The position numbers and the translations under genes are program-made. From an uncultured bacterium (GTDB lineage Bacteria; Chloroflexota; UBA5177; JANWHV01), in NCBI GenBank assembly GCA_963729625.1, contig CAVSOU010000008.1, positions 800,001-864,000 of the forward strand: a stretch of DNA of 64,000 nt, in the 5' to 3' direction. Positions 19,666 through 29,668 of this stretch are shown piece by piece (position 1 is the first letter of the stretch; each line of letters starts with the position of its first letter). The notes under the pieces are model-generated. The model saw nothing but the letters and a program-made list of their open reading frames with translations. It made no database searches and was not told the origin of the DNA.

Positions 19666-21576
19666 GTGCATCCAGGCTCTTCTCACCGCATGTCCCCCGA
19701 CGGTTTCCATCTGCCGGGCCCGAAGTCGAGGTCGCGAAACACTGCGCCGCAGTCTTCGGGGCGCTGGGATAGTGCCAAGCGGACGATTAGCGGCACCGTC
19801 AGCGGCGTTCCGCGTGTGCTTGCCCTGGTCTGGCAGGCCGATCGGAGGCAGACCCTGCTCATGGCCGTCATGACCATTGCGCAGGCCGCGGTGCCGGTGT
19901 CGCAGGTCTATCTCTCGAAACTGCTGATCGACGCCGTCGTCAAGGCGATTCGCACGAACGGTGGACCGGTGGACACGAAGCCGATCATCGTGTTGGCGCT
20001 CCTGCAACTCGCATTGGCGGCCGCCAGCAGTCTTTTCACGACGCTCTCCAACATCAGCCAGCAGCTGCTGCAAGAGCGAGTTTCCCTCGGCGTGCAGCTT
20101 CTGGTGATGGAGCAAGCCGGTCGCCTGGATCTCGGCTTCTTCGAGGACGCGAAATCGTACGACATGCTGCAGCAGGCCCAGCAAGAGGCGGCGTCGCGTC
20201 CGGTGCAGATGGTGTCGGGTACATTCGGGCTGGTGCGAACGGCCCTGACGTTCGTATCCATGCTCGGCCTGCTGTTGCGGCTGGAGTGGTACCTGGCGCT
20301 CATAGCGCTGCTGGCGCCGGTGCCGTCGTTCATCTCCAGCTCGCGCTATGGCTGGATGGGGTACATGATGATGCGACGCCAGTCGCCCGCCCGACGCCGG
20401 ATGAACTACCTCACCACCCTGCTCACCACCGACACCTACAGCAAAGAGATTTCCGTGTTCACGCTGGCGAGCTTCTTCACGGGACGCTTCCGCAAGCTCG
20501 CGGACACGTACTACGACGAACAGCAGCGTCTGGTTGTGCGCCGCTACCTCGCCGGTTTCGCCTGGGGCTCGCTGACCATTGTCGTCAGCAGCGGCACGTA
20601 TCTGTACGTCGCGCTTCTCGCCGTGCATGGGAAGGTGACGCTCGGCGACCTCACGCTGTTTACAGGCGCGGCAACGTCGGTACAGTCCAACTTTCAGAAC
20701 CTGCTCAGCGGCCTCTCGTCCATGTACGAGAACAATCTCTACCTGACTACGCTGTTCGACTTACTCAAGATCGAGCCGCAAGTGCACAAACCGGAGCATC
20801 CGGTACCGGTGCAGAGGCCTTTCACAAAGGGCATCGAATTCCGGCATGTCACCCATCGCTACAAGGGCGCCGAACAACCCGCTCTGGACGACATTAGCTT
20901 CACGATTAACCCGGGCGAAACGGTAGCAGTGGTGGGCCGGAATGGCGCCGGAAAAACGACTCTCGTAAAGCTCGTCGCGCGGCTCTACGATCCCGAGGAA
21001 GGCCAGGTGCTGATCGATGGGCACGACGTCCGAGACTACGACCCAGACGACCTGCGGTCGGAGATAGGCCTCATCTTCCAGGACTATGTGACGTACTATC
21101 TCAGCGCCCGTGAGAACATCGGCGTGGGACGGCTCGATCGCCTCGACGATCTCGAGGCAGTGCGCGAAGCCGCCGAGCGCGGCGGAGCGACCTCGCTGAT
21201 CGAGCGCCTGCCTGAAGGTTATGAAGCGCTGCTCGGGCGGTGGTTCGACCAGGGACATCAACTATCGGGAGGCGAGTGGCAGAAGGTGGCGCTTTCTCGC
21301 GCCTTCATGCGCGATGCACAGATCCTCATTCTTGACGAGCCTACCGCGGCGCTCGATGCAAGAGCCGAGTACGAGTTGTTCGCGCGGCTCCGCGAGTTGA
21401 CCAGGGGCCGTACCGCAATCTATATCTCGCATCGGTTTTCCACCGTGAGGATGGCGGATCGGATTCTGGTCATCGAGCACGGCCGCCTGGTCGAGCAGGG
21501 AAGTCACGAGGAGCTGATGACGCTAAACGGGCGATACGCCGAGTTGTTCAGCCTGCAGGCGGCAGCGTATCGATAA
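19666..21576 (+). CDS. ABC exporter, fused permease/ATPase
   Basis: TM domain plus GRNGAGKT, LSGGEWQK, ILDEPT, ISHR. Confidence 0.93.
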   Translation: MHPGSSHRMSPDGFHLPGPKSRSRNTAPQSSGRWDSAKRTISGTVSGVPRVLALVWQADRRQTLLMAVMTIAQAAVPVSQVYLSKLLIDAVVKAIRTNGGPVDTKPIIVLALLQLALAAASSLFTTLSNISQQLLQERVSLGVQLLVMEQAGRLDLGFFEDAKSYDMLQQAQQEAASRPVQMVSGTFGLVRTALTFVSMLGLLLRLEWYLALIALLAPVPSFISSSRYGWMGYMMMRRQSPARRRMNYLTTLLTTDTYSKEISVFTLASFFTGRFRKLADTYYDEQQRLVVRRYLAGFAWGSLTIVVSSGTYLYVALLAVHGKVTLGDLTLFTGAATSVQSNFQNLLSGLSSMYENNLYLTTLFDLLKIEPQVHKPEHPVPVQRPFTKGIEFRHVTHRYKGAEQPALDDISFTINPGETVAVVGRNGAGKTTLVKLVARLYDPEEGQVLIDGHDVRDYDPDDLRSEIGLIFQDYVTYYLSARENIGVGRLDRLDDLEAVREAAERGGATSLIERLPEGYEALLGRWFDQGHQLSGGEWQKVALSRAFMRDAQILILDEPTAALDARAEYELFARLRELTRGRTAIYISHRFSTVRMADRILVIEHGRLVEQGSHEELMTLNGRYAELFSLQAAAYR

Positions 21577-21819
21577 GCGGCGAACCGCGTCGTTGGACGT
21601 CCAAGCGCACGAATGGTACACCGTTCTTGGTGGCATTGACCGGCCAGGCCTCGGCCCATGTGGTTTCATGGCCGTGGCTTGTCGCGGTCGGGCGAGGCCG
21701 ACAGTCGTGGAATGTTGGAGGGATACGATCATGCGTCCTCGAGACGGCAGCGACCCGCGTGATCTGAGTTATCCCCGTACGGTGGATGCCGGTGTCTTCG
21801 GGCAGCAGGATCGGCTCAC

Positions 21820-22785
21820 ATGACCATGGCGGCCGTGCCGGTCGGCGCGAATCTACACGAGGACCTGGAGCGGATAGAATCCGAGCTTTCACTGGTCGGC
21901 GAAGATGCCGGGCACGTACTGCGCGAGGCTATCGCGCATCATCTATCGACCGGCGGGAAGCGGCTTCGTCCGCGCATGGCCATGCTGGCGGGACGGCTGG
22001 TCGGCCATGAAGAAACCGATCGTTTGGCACGCTTTGCGGCGGTTACCGAACTGGTGCATGCTGCTTCGCTCGTTCACGACGATACGCTGGACGATGCCGC
22101 CACCCGGCGTGGCGTAGAGACAGTGAGATCGCGCTGGGGCAGCCACATTGCCGTGCTTGTCGGTGACTATCTCTTCGCCCAAGCTGCCATCTATACGGCA
22201 AATCTGGGCAGCCTTCGCCTGATGGCCCTACTGGCGGAGACGATCCAATCCCTCGTGCAGGGCGAGCTTGCTCAGATGAGCGCTGCCTACCGCATCGAGG
22301 CAAGCGCGGAGAACTACGAATCGCGCATCGGGGCGAAGTCGGCCAGCCTCTTCGTCCTGGCTGCAGAGGGCGGAGCCGAGTGCGGTGGCGCGACGAGTGC
22401 ACAGGCGTTGGCGATGCGCGACTACGGGTATCATCTTGGCCTGGCATTCCAGATCGCCGACGACGTATTGGATTACACGGCCAGCACGGAGGAGCTTGGC
22501 AAGCCGGCAGGCAGCGATCTCAAGAACGGCGTCGTGACTCTTCCTGCCCTGTATTATCTGGAGCCGCTTCCTCCGGCCGCGCGGGAACGGCGCACCGTGG
22601 AGGAGGGTGGTGATGTGTCGGCCGTGATCGACGCTATTCGCGCTTCGACGGCGCCCGCGCGCGCCCTTGCCTATGCGCACAAGCTGGTTGAGCGAGCTGC
22701 GGCCGCGCTGGACATTTTCCCTCCCTCGTCCGAGCGATCGAGTCTCCTCAGTTTGGCCGCCGGTGCAGTGAGCCGCCGCGCCTGA
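21820..22785 (+). CDS. Polyprenyl diphosphate synthase
   Basis: GGKRLRP, first aspartate-rich motif HDDTLD, AFQIADDVLD, GKPAGSDL. Confidence 0.93.
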   Translation: MTMAAVPVGANLHEDLERIESELSLVGEDAGHVLREAIAHHLSTGGKRLRPRMAMLAGRLVGHEETDRLARFAAVTELVHAASLVHDDTLDDAATRRGVETVRSRWGSHIAVLVGDYLFAQAAIYTANLGSLRLMALLAETIQSLVQGELAQMSAAYRIEASAENYESRIGAKSASLFVLAAEGGAECGGATSAQALAMRDYGYHLGLAFQIADDVLDYTASTEELGKPAGSDLKNGVVTLPALYYLEPLPPAARERRTVEEGGDVSAVIDAIRASTAPARALAYAHKLVERAAAALDIFPPSSERSSLLSLAAGAVSRRA

Positions 22786-22825
22786 ACACAAGCCTGCGGT
22801 GAGATTGGTGCTGCGTCCAGGAGCG

Positions 22826-22843
22826 CTGCCTGGAAGCAGGCAG
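22826..22843. terminator. Hairpin between convergent genes
   Basis: CTGCCTG-gaag-CAGGCAG; no clear U-tract. Confidence 0.3.
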
Positions 22844-22899
22844 GCTTCGCGCAGAAGACGGTGTTCTGCGCGCCCTCGCGCGACAGATTGGCGGAGGAC

Positions 22900-23745
22900 C
22901 TAATGCTTCTTGGGCTCTGTAAGGGGCGCCAGCGCTTCGACAAACCTGACATGTACCTGCCACTCAAATGTCAACGTGCTCGCGCCCTTCTCGCGGGAGA
23001 ACAACGGGGGCAGAATACCGGTATCCATCCCACTAAGCCCGACGCTGTCGCCAGCGGGCATCGTGGAGTTGTGCGCGTGGCCCTGCATGCCAAACAGGGA
23101 GGGCTGTGACACCGTGAACGGGCTGGGAGTTGGATGCGGAGTTTTGTCCTCCGGGCACGGAAGCGCGTTGTCATTGATGTTGCGGGTTACGGACCTCAAT
23201 GTGGGCACGCCCGCCTTCAGCAGCGCCGAGACATAGAAGCCGTTACGCGATGAGACCGGGACATGAACGTCCGCGGTATCGCCGTACTTAGCCTGCCCTG
23301 TTGCGGTGGACTCGCTGCCCCAGGTGTGCAGGGTTGAGTGCTGGTCGTTCCGGCATCTCAGCACAATCTTGCTGTGGAAGAGATCGGAATGACTGTACGA
23401 CACGCGGACCGAGTAGGTTGCCGGAACGGTGCCGTGTGTGCTTAGCCTTCCGTTCAGACTGACCGTCAGGACGGCGTCAAGCCTGGTCGACGAGTCCTCG
23501 GCAACGTCGCCCTGCGGGTCGTGATGCTCGTCGACGAAGGCCGTGTTCTGGTGCATTGTCGACGTAAGCGTTCCAGAGACCCAAACATAGCAAGTCGGAT
23601 CTTTGACGCTGCAGCGCGTGGCTGCCGCCTGAGCCGCGATCGTGGTCGCTCCCTGAGCGGGTAGCACCCAGGCGAGCACGGCGACCAGTGCCACCGCTAT
23701 ACGCGGCGCCATTTGTGTCAAACGAGCTCGATGTGGTTGCAACAT
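22900..23745 (-). CDS. Secreted hypothetical beta-rich protein
   Basis: GGAGG RBS, signal-peptide-like segment (IAVALVAVLAWVLPAQGA), paired cysteines. Confidence 0.6.
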   Translation of the reverse strand: MLQPHRARLTQMAPRIAVALVAVLAWVLPAQGATTIAAQAAATRCSVKDPTCYVWVSGTLTSTMHQNTAFVDEHHDPQGDVAEDSSTRLDAVLTVSLNGRLSTHGTVPATYSVRVSYSHSDLFHSKIVLRCRNDQHSTLHTWGSESTATGQAKYGDTADVHVPVSSRNGFYVSALLKAGVPTLRSVTRNINDNALPCPEDKTPHPTPSPFTVSQPSLFGMQGHAHNSTMPAGDSVGLSGMDTGILPPLFSREKGASTLTFEWQVHVRFVEALAPLTEPKKH

Positions 23746-23983
23746 TGTGGCTAGCCCTCCAAGCTCGCCATCGTGGCCGGTCTGGATCAGTGATGGCATG
23801 GCCTGCGTCGTGGCGCAGGCACTGCCGGCATCTGGCACCAACGCCGCTAGCATACAGCCTCAATCTTGCGCGCTTCTTACACACGCGCGAGACAAGCTTC
23901 CTCTGATGTAGCACACTCATCTTGTGCTACACAGGCGAGGTCTTGTGGAACAGCGACAGGGCACGTGGACTGTCAGCTACAAC

Positions 23984-24631
23984 CTAGCGCTTCGCGCCGG
24001 CTGCCTGGTTCGTGAGCGCATTGTACGAGCGGTTCAGCCGCGCCATCATCACTTCCGCCTCGGCGCGCAGCTCCGGCGGCCCATCGGTGAAGCGGTCAGG
24101 GTGCCAGACGCGCGAGAGTAGCCGGTACCGGCGACGGATGTCGTCGCTGCTGGAACCAGGGCGGAGGCCAAGGATCACCCAGGGGCTGTCGACAGACGGC
24201 AGTACCGTCTGCCCGTGCTGTCGCGGATCGGCCTGGTATCCGGGAGGATGAACCTGTTGGCGCGGATCGACGCGATACCGGGGCGGCAGGCTCTGCCCGA
24301 ATCCCGGCGCACCCGACTGCCGCTTGGGTTGAGCGCTGGCCAGGGCCTGCGCTTCGCGCTTGAGCCGATCCAGGCGCGAGCGCTCCTTCACTACCTGGTC
24401 GCGGAGCCAAAGGAGCTCGGAGCGCGCCTCCTCGATCGAGTGATTGACGGCATCGAGATCTTCTTGTTGCTCCGGCGTGATGTGGACTGTGCTCCTCGGC
24501 CGCCGAGTTTCATGCGCGGAGCGTCTGCTACGACCAAACACGTGCGAAGCAATTCCTACAATCCTGGATGACCATGAATCGATGCGCAATGCTAGGACAG
24601 CCACGAACGGACTCGTTCGGCCAACGCCCAT
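23984..24631 (-). CDS. J-domain protein (coiled coil plus C-terminal J domain)
   Basis: PWVILGL...DDIRRRYRLLSRVWHPDRF...MARLNRSYNAL with intact HPD. Start uncertain. Confidence 0.8.
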   Translation of the reverse strand: MGVGRTSPFVAVLALRIDSWSSRIVGIASHVFGRSRRSAHETRRPRSTVHITPEQQEDLDAVNHSIEEARSELLWLRDQVVKERSRLDRLKREAQALASAQPKRQSGAPGFGQSLPPRYRVDPRQQVHPPGYQADPRQHGQTVLPSVDSPWVILGLRPGSSSDDIRRRYRLLSRVWHPDRFTDGPPELRAEAEVMMARLNRSYNALTNQAAGAKR

Positions 24632-24862
24632 CTCACATGCGCACTGCGTTGGTATCAGTATCGCACAGGTTGTACCTATGCGCAGCCGGTTGCTCGCTTT
24701 GGGGTACTCTAGAGTCGCGGAACACCGAGAGCGGCTGCCGGCGACATCAACCCGCGTGGCTGAGCGGTTCACCGTGCGGCAGTCGCAAGTGACCTTGACG
24801 CGAGGAGGAATGCTCTTGGGCGCAACGGGATGCCGTACTGGTGTGGGAGGAGTGGGCGATTA

Positions 24863-25474
24863 TTGGCCTCGAGTGACAAGAAAACTCTGAAGCACGATAA
24901 ACCCGAGGGCGCGCGCCTGGGCTGGACGGTGCTGGAGACCCGCTACCCATTCCGCACGCCATGGCTGACTCTGCGCGAGGACCGCGTGCACATCGCTGGC
25001 CACGGAGAGATCACTTTCACGTACAACGAAACGACGCCCGCGGTGTACATCGTGCCGGTAACCGGATCAGGCGATGTCGTACTGATCCGCCAGTACCGCT
25101 ATCCAGTCGACGGATGGTCTCTCGAGGTTCCGGCCGGCGGCACGCACGACTTCCCCGGGGAGCCGCTCGAAAAGGTGGCGCGCGCGGAACTGGAAGAGGA
25201 GATTGGCGCCATGTGCGACGAAATGCTGCCGGTCGGAGTATTTCCCATGCATGTCGCTAAGAGCGCGCAGCAAGGGCACGTGTTTCTCGCGCTGGGAGTA
25301 GCTTTCAACGGGGCGCTCCACCCGGCGTCAACAGAAAGGATCACGGTACATGCGATGCCCCTGGCCGACGTATATCGCATGCTGCACGTCGGCGAGATTC
25401 TTGATTGCCAGAGCGCGATGGCGCTCATTCTTTGCGAGCCCGCGCTGCGGGCGCGCGGCCTGCTACGCTGGTAG
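24863..25474 (+). CDS. Nudix hydrolase (ADP-ribose pyrophosphatase-like)
   Basis: LIRQYRYP...EVPAGG...ARAELEEEIG Nudix box; TTG start after GGAGGAG. Confidence 0.88.
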   Translation: MASSDKKTLKHDKPEGARLGWTVLETRYPFRTPWLTLREDRVHIAGHGEITFTYNETTPAVYIVPVTGSGDVVLIRQYRYPVDGWSLEVPAGGTHDFPGEPLEKVARAELEEEIGAMCDEMLPVGVFPMHVAKSAQQGHVFLALGVAFNGALHPASTERITVHAMPLADVYRMLHVGEILDCQSAMALILCEPALRARGLLRW

Positions 25475-25730
25475 CTCGGCGCCAACTGGCGCCTGCCTGG
25501 CCTCCGGCCGCGATCGAGTGCGGCCCGCCGAGGCACCCGTCCGCAGGGTGGGTCGTGCCGCGCACCCCAGTCGGCCGCGACCGCTTGCGAAGCGGTATCT
25601 TTCTCGGGCGAGGAATCATGCAGCCGACAACAGCCGGGCCATATCCGCCATCCGCGACCCGCCGCGGTGTGTCGGGCACCCCCGGCCGGAGGCCGAACAC
25701 TGGCGTTTGACAGCGGTGGAGGGAAGACGC

Positions 25731-26633
25731 ATGTCAACTATTGCGATCACAGGGGCAAGGGGGTACATCGGCAGGCATTTGGTTGCCCGGCTTGTCGCCG
25801 GAGGCGAGCGGCCTCGGTGCCTGGTGCGGCAGGGGTCCGATCTGGCAGGTCTGCCGGCGGACCAGATCGCGGTGGTGCGAGGCGATGTCACGGAACCGGA
25901 GTCGCTATCCGCGCTCGTGGAGGGCGCGGACATCGTCGTGCATGGCGCGTCGATCGTTGCCAACATCAAGCAAAGCGGGCGCGCGAATTATCGGCGAACA
26001 AACGAAGAAGGCACCGCAAATCTCGTCGCTGCCGCCGCCACGGCCGGTGTTCGCCGCTTCATCTACATGGGCGGCTTGAATACGGTTCGCGGCGATGCCG
26101 GTTCATACATGCGCACGCGGTTTGACGCCGAGCAACGTGTGAAGGACGGTGGAGTGCCGTACGTCATCCTCCAGCCCTCGATCCTGTTTGGCGACGGATC
26201 GCCTTTCTTCAGTACCCTTGCCGGCCTGGCACGCCTGGCTCCGGTTATTCCAGTGCCGGGCAGCGGCAGGATGCGTTTCCAGCCGATCTGGGTTGAGGAC
26301 GTCGTTACGTGCATCGAACGACTACTGGACGAGAGTGCCGGCAACGAAACGATCCCGATCGGCGGTCCTGCCTATTACAGCTACGATGAGCTTCTCGACC
26401 TCATCTTCAAGGCGCTGGGAAAGCGACGCATGAAGGTGCACGTGCCGTTGGCGCTCATGGATGCGGGCGCCAAGGCCATGCAGGCCGTCCTGCCTAGGCC
26501 GCCCGTGACGACCGCCACGCTCGAGCTGTTCGCCCTGGCCACGGACAACGTGACGAGACTCGACGCCGTACATTCCCGTTTTGGCTTCCAGCCGAAATCG
26601 CTGGAAACGGATATGCGGGAACACGGCATATAG
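25731..26633 (+). CDS. NAD(P)-dependent epimerase/dehydratase, NDUFA9-like atypical SDR
   Basis: IAITGARGYIG, FQPIWVEDV; GGAGG RBS. Confidence 0.88.
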   Translation: MSTIAITGARGYIGRHLVARLVAGGERPRCLVRQGSDLAGLPADQIAVVRGDVTEPESLSALVEGADIVVHGASIVANIKQSGRANYRRTNEEGTANLVAAAATAGVRRFIYMGGLNTVRGDAGSYMRTRFDAEQRVKDGGVPYVILQPSILFGDGSPFFSTLAGLARLAPVIPVPGSGRMRFQPIWVEDVVTCIERLLDESAGNETIPIGGPAYYSYDELLDLIFKALGKRRMKVHVPLALMDAGAKAMQAVLPRPPVTTATLELFALATDNVTRLDAVHSRFGFQPKSLETDMREHGI

Positions 26634-26704
26634 CCGGGCGCTGGTGGAGACTGCTGTGCCAGAAGGATTCGTCAAACTGATGCACGAATGCCCGATTCTT
26701 CCAG

Positions 26705-27376
26705 TCACTTGTTTTGACGCGCGAGGTTCGCAAGGGCAGTGTTGTATTCATCCATGCTGCTCGCATGCAGCCGCTGTGAGAACGTGCCGCCGACGAAGCC
26801 GGAAAATACGGACCAAGGCAGTCCGCTTATCGTGAGCGTGCCATCGCCGTTGCGCGTGCCCGTGAACGTCATGGCCGCGGATCCCCCTGTCCCGGTAAAA
26901 CCGTAGCTCCCGTTGTTGTCCACTCCGCTGAATTGAAACGACTTGGGGCTGCCGGCGCCGTAATTGTCTGCTGTGAGCATACGGCCGTCGTGGATGAAGC
27001 CGTTTGTCTCCACCCAGTCGAAGTACAGCACATAGCTGTACTTGTCGATGAGAAACGATGCGAGGTACCTGCGTGCGCCATTGTCCGGAGAGGATGGCGT
27101 CTGCTGCGCGGTGGCCGCTTTCCGCAGACGCTCGATCGTTTGCTGTTGGCTCGCGACTTCGGTCCGCTCTGTTGCTGCAACGTGCTGGGCGCGCGCCAGC
27201 TCGGTTCTCAAGCCGGCGACAGTGGTATCCGTCGCGTTGGCCTGGTGCCCGCCATTCGACCGGATCGCCAGTACGAGGCCAATCGCCAGTGCGACCGATA
27301 GAACGGAGAGCAGTACGCAGACTGCTCCCAGCGGCGGCGTCTGGCGCGGCCCGATGGACCTTCTCTCAGTCGACAT
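26705..27376 (-). CDS. Membrane-anchored hypothetical protein
   Basis: N-terminal TM helix, coiled coil, then a beta-rich domain; AAGGAG RBS. Confidence 0.65.
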   Translation of the reverse strand: MSTERRSIGPRQTPPLGAVCVLLSVLSVALAIGLVLAIRSNGGHQANATDTTVAGLRTELARAQHVAATERTEVASQQQTIERLRKAATAQQTPSSPDNGARRYLASFLIDKYSYVLYFDWVETNGFIHDGRMLTADNYGAGSPKSFQFSGVDNNGSYGFTGTGGSAAMTFTGTRNGDGTLTISGLPWSVFSGFVGGTFSQRLHASSMDEYNTALANLARQNK

Positions 27377-27418
27377 ACTGACTCCTTGACAACAGCCTGG
27401 CTGAGCCTCGCACCAAGC

Positions 27419-28963
27419 TCACGGCCCCGACAATGGTCCACGCGTTGCCACGTTGCTTTCCGTGCGCGTGCTTGACGGTGGGCGCGCGGCCGCGGCTGCC
27501 GTGGGGTCCGCGGCAGGGGCGGTTCGCCGCGCGTTCACGAACTCCTGTACTACGATATGGCAGAATGCCACGATCGGCACGGCGAAGAAGGCTCCGGGAA
27601 GCCCGGCGAGCGGCAGGCCGACCAGTGCCGCCGCCATCGCTTCCAGTGGATGGATGCGGAGATGGTGCGCCTGCAGCCGTGGTCCTACCACATTGGTGAT
27701 GATCTGTTCGCCGACGAGGAGCCAGATCAGGTAGATGATCGGTTTCGGCAGCGGCGTGAAGATGAGCGCGACGGTGAGCGGCGGGATTGGCAGGATGACT
27801 GGCCCGAGAACCGGCACCAGCGAAAGGAGGAAGCTGCTGAAGAAGATCACGATGGCGTACGGGATGCCGAGAATCACGGCGCCGCTGGCGTCGGCAATGC
27901 CTGCGAGCAAGCCGAGGACAATCTGGGTTCGCACGTAGCGACCGAGGATTTGATCCAGGCTGGCGATGGCGCGCGCGGCCTGCGGTCGTGACTCTCGGGG
28001 CGCGAGATACGTGATCCAGCGCACGAATCGACCACCATCCTTCAAGAAGTAGATGGAGATGATGAAGATCAGCACGACATCAAGCAAGAGATTGCCGGCC
28101 TGCAAGCCGACGTTTACCGCGTTGTTGAGGAGGGACGATATCTGGTCGTTGATCGACTTCAGTACCTGGCTGAACTTATCGTGAAGGTCCGCGGAGAAGC
28201 CACGGTTGTCCAGATCCGTCTGCAGGTTGAGCAGCAACAGCGGCGTGGATGCCGCCTTCTGGTAGGTTGCGTTTGCCTGCTGCGCGGCCTGGTCGGCCTG
28301 CGTGAGGAACCGCGCCAGCCAGCTCGAGCTCAGCGTGGACAGGACCGGTTCGTAGGCCGACTGCAGCTGGTGAGCAGAGGTCAGAATGGGATTGGCATAG
28401 CTCGGCGGTATCGCGACCACGCCGTCAAGGGTATTCTGGTTGGTGAGATTCGACGCATCTTGCACGAGCGTACCGAGGGCTGCCTGCGCCTGCTGGACCT
28501 GGCTGATAAGTACTGGGTGGCCCGCCGCGATGCGGTCCTGCACCGCGGTCACGTCGGCGACAATGGCCGCGTAGTCATTCTTGACGGTTAAGAGCCGGAC
28601 GAGGCTGCTCTTGGACGGATTCTCCAGGTTCTTGATCAGATCTTTTGCCTCGGAGACGAACGGAGTAAGCAGCAGAGCACCGAAGCCCAGGGCGCACGCC
28701 AACAACAGAAGGTAGGCGCCAATCACCGCCGCCCATTGTTTGCGCACCACTCGCTGGAGCATGTGGACTGCAGGGGCCATGAGGTAGGCCAGCAGCGCCC
28801 CGATCACGAACAGGTAGAGCACTGATCGGAAACGATCGAACAGCCCGAGAACGTCGCTGAGCAGACCCAGCGATGTCTGCGCGATGAGCAGCACGCCAAG
28901 GACGATGAACACGCGAATGAGCGTGGCAAGGTTCTGCGGCCGATCCGGTTCAAACAGATGCAC
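27419..28963 (-). CDS. AI-2E (PerM/TqsA) family transporter with a large insertion
   Basis: LLAYLMAPAV, SIYFLKDG, LGRYVRTQ, LSLVPVLGP, NVVGPRL...IHPL, GAFFAVP. Confidence 0.85.
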   Translation of the reverse strand: MHLFEPDRPQNLATLIRVFIVLGVLLIAQTSLGLLSDVLGLFDRFRSVLYLFVIGALLAYLMAPAVHMLQRVVRKQWAAVIGAYLLLLACALGFGALLLTPFVSEAKDLIKNLENPSKSSLVRLLTVKNDYAAIVADVTAVQDRIAAGHPVLISQVQQAQAALGTLVQDASNLTNQNTLDGVVAIPPSYANPILTSAHQLQSAYEPVLSTLSSSWLARFLTQADQAAQQANATYQKAASTPLLLLNLQTDLDNRGFSADLHDKFSQVLKSINDQISSLLNNAVNVGLQAGNLLLDVVLIFIISIYFLKDGGRFVRWITYLAPRESRPQAARAIASLDQILGRYVRTQIVLGLLAGIADASGAVILGIPYAIVIFFSSFLLSLVPVLGPVILPIPPLTVALIFTPLPKPIIYLIWLLVGEQIITNVVGPRLQAHHLRIHPLEAMAAALVGLPLAGLPGAFFAVPIVAFCHIVVQEFVNARRTAPAADPTAAAAARPPSSTRTESNVATRGPLSGP

Positions 28964-29159
28964 GGTCCAGACCTCCCGTGGCCGGTGTCACGCGATGCCA
29001 GTCGAATCACGCTCCGAAACAGCACTGCTGCATCTTCGACCTTCATGATATAACGTGAAGGAAGTATCGCTGACGATTTCCCTCAACCAGAACAGAGAAG
29101 CGAGAGGATCACGCCGTGTACTGCTCTGATCTGAGCGCAGGTACGGTGAGGAGGTAAGG

Positions 29160-29666
29160 ATGACAGCTCCGGACGGCAGCGGCCCGGGCCGTGCGCTGGT
29201 CGGCGTGATCATGGGTAGCAAGTCGGACTGGGACACGATGGTGCATGTCACGACAACCCTTTCCGAGCTTGGCGTACCGTACGAAGCGCGAGTGGTGAGC
29301 GCGCATCGCACGCCGGATCTCCTTTTCGCCTACGCAGAGGGCGCCGAGGCCAGAGGAATCGAGGTGATCGTCGCCGGCGCCGGCGGCGCTGCGCACCTGC
29401 CGGGGATGGCCGCGTCGAAGACCGTGCTACCGGTGCTGGGAGTGCCGGTGCAAAGCAAGGCGCTCAATGGACTCGATTCGCTTCTCTCGATCGTGCAAAT
29501 GCCGGCCGGCGTTCCTGTAGGCGCACTGGCGATTGGTCGTTCCGGAGCGGTGAACGCCGCCCTGCTGGCCGCCGCTATGCTCGGAATCCGATACCCCGCG
29601 ATTCGCGAGGCTCTCAGGCAATATCGGCAGGCGCAGACTGAGCGCGTGCTCAGAGAGGCCCTTTAG
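29160..29666 (+). CDS. purE: N5-CAIR mutase PurE
   Basis: [37 protein letters not shown]. Confidence 0.97.
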   Translation: MTAPDGSGPGRALVGVIMGSKSDWDTMVHVTTTLSELGVPYEARVVSAHRTPDLLFAYAEGAEARGIEVIVAGAGGAAHLPGMAASKTVLPVLGVPVQSKALNGLDSLLSIVQMPAGVPVGALAIGRSGAVNAALLAAAMLGIRYPAIREALRQYRQAQTERVLREAL

Positions 29667-29668
29667 GC

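Noticed and set aside
28964-29159. Purine or ZTP riboswitch upstream of purE
   Set aside because: Only a short CTTCA/TGAAG hairpin; no recognisable aptamer consensus.
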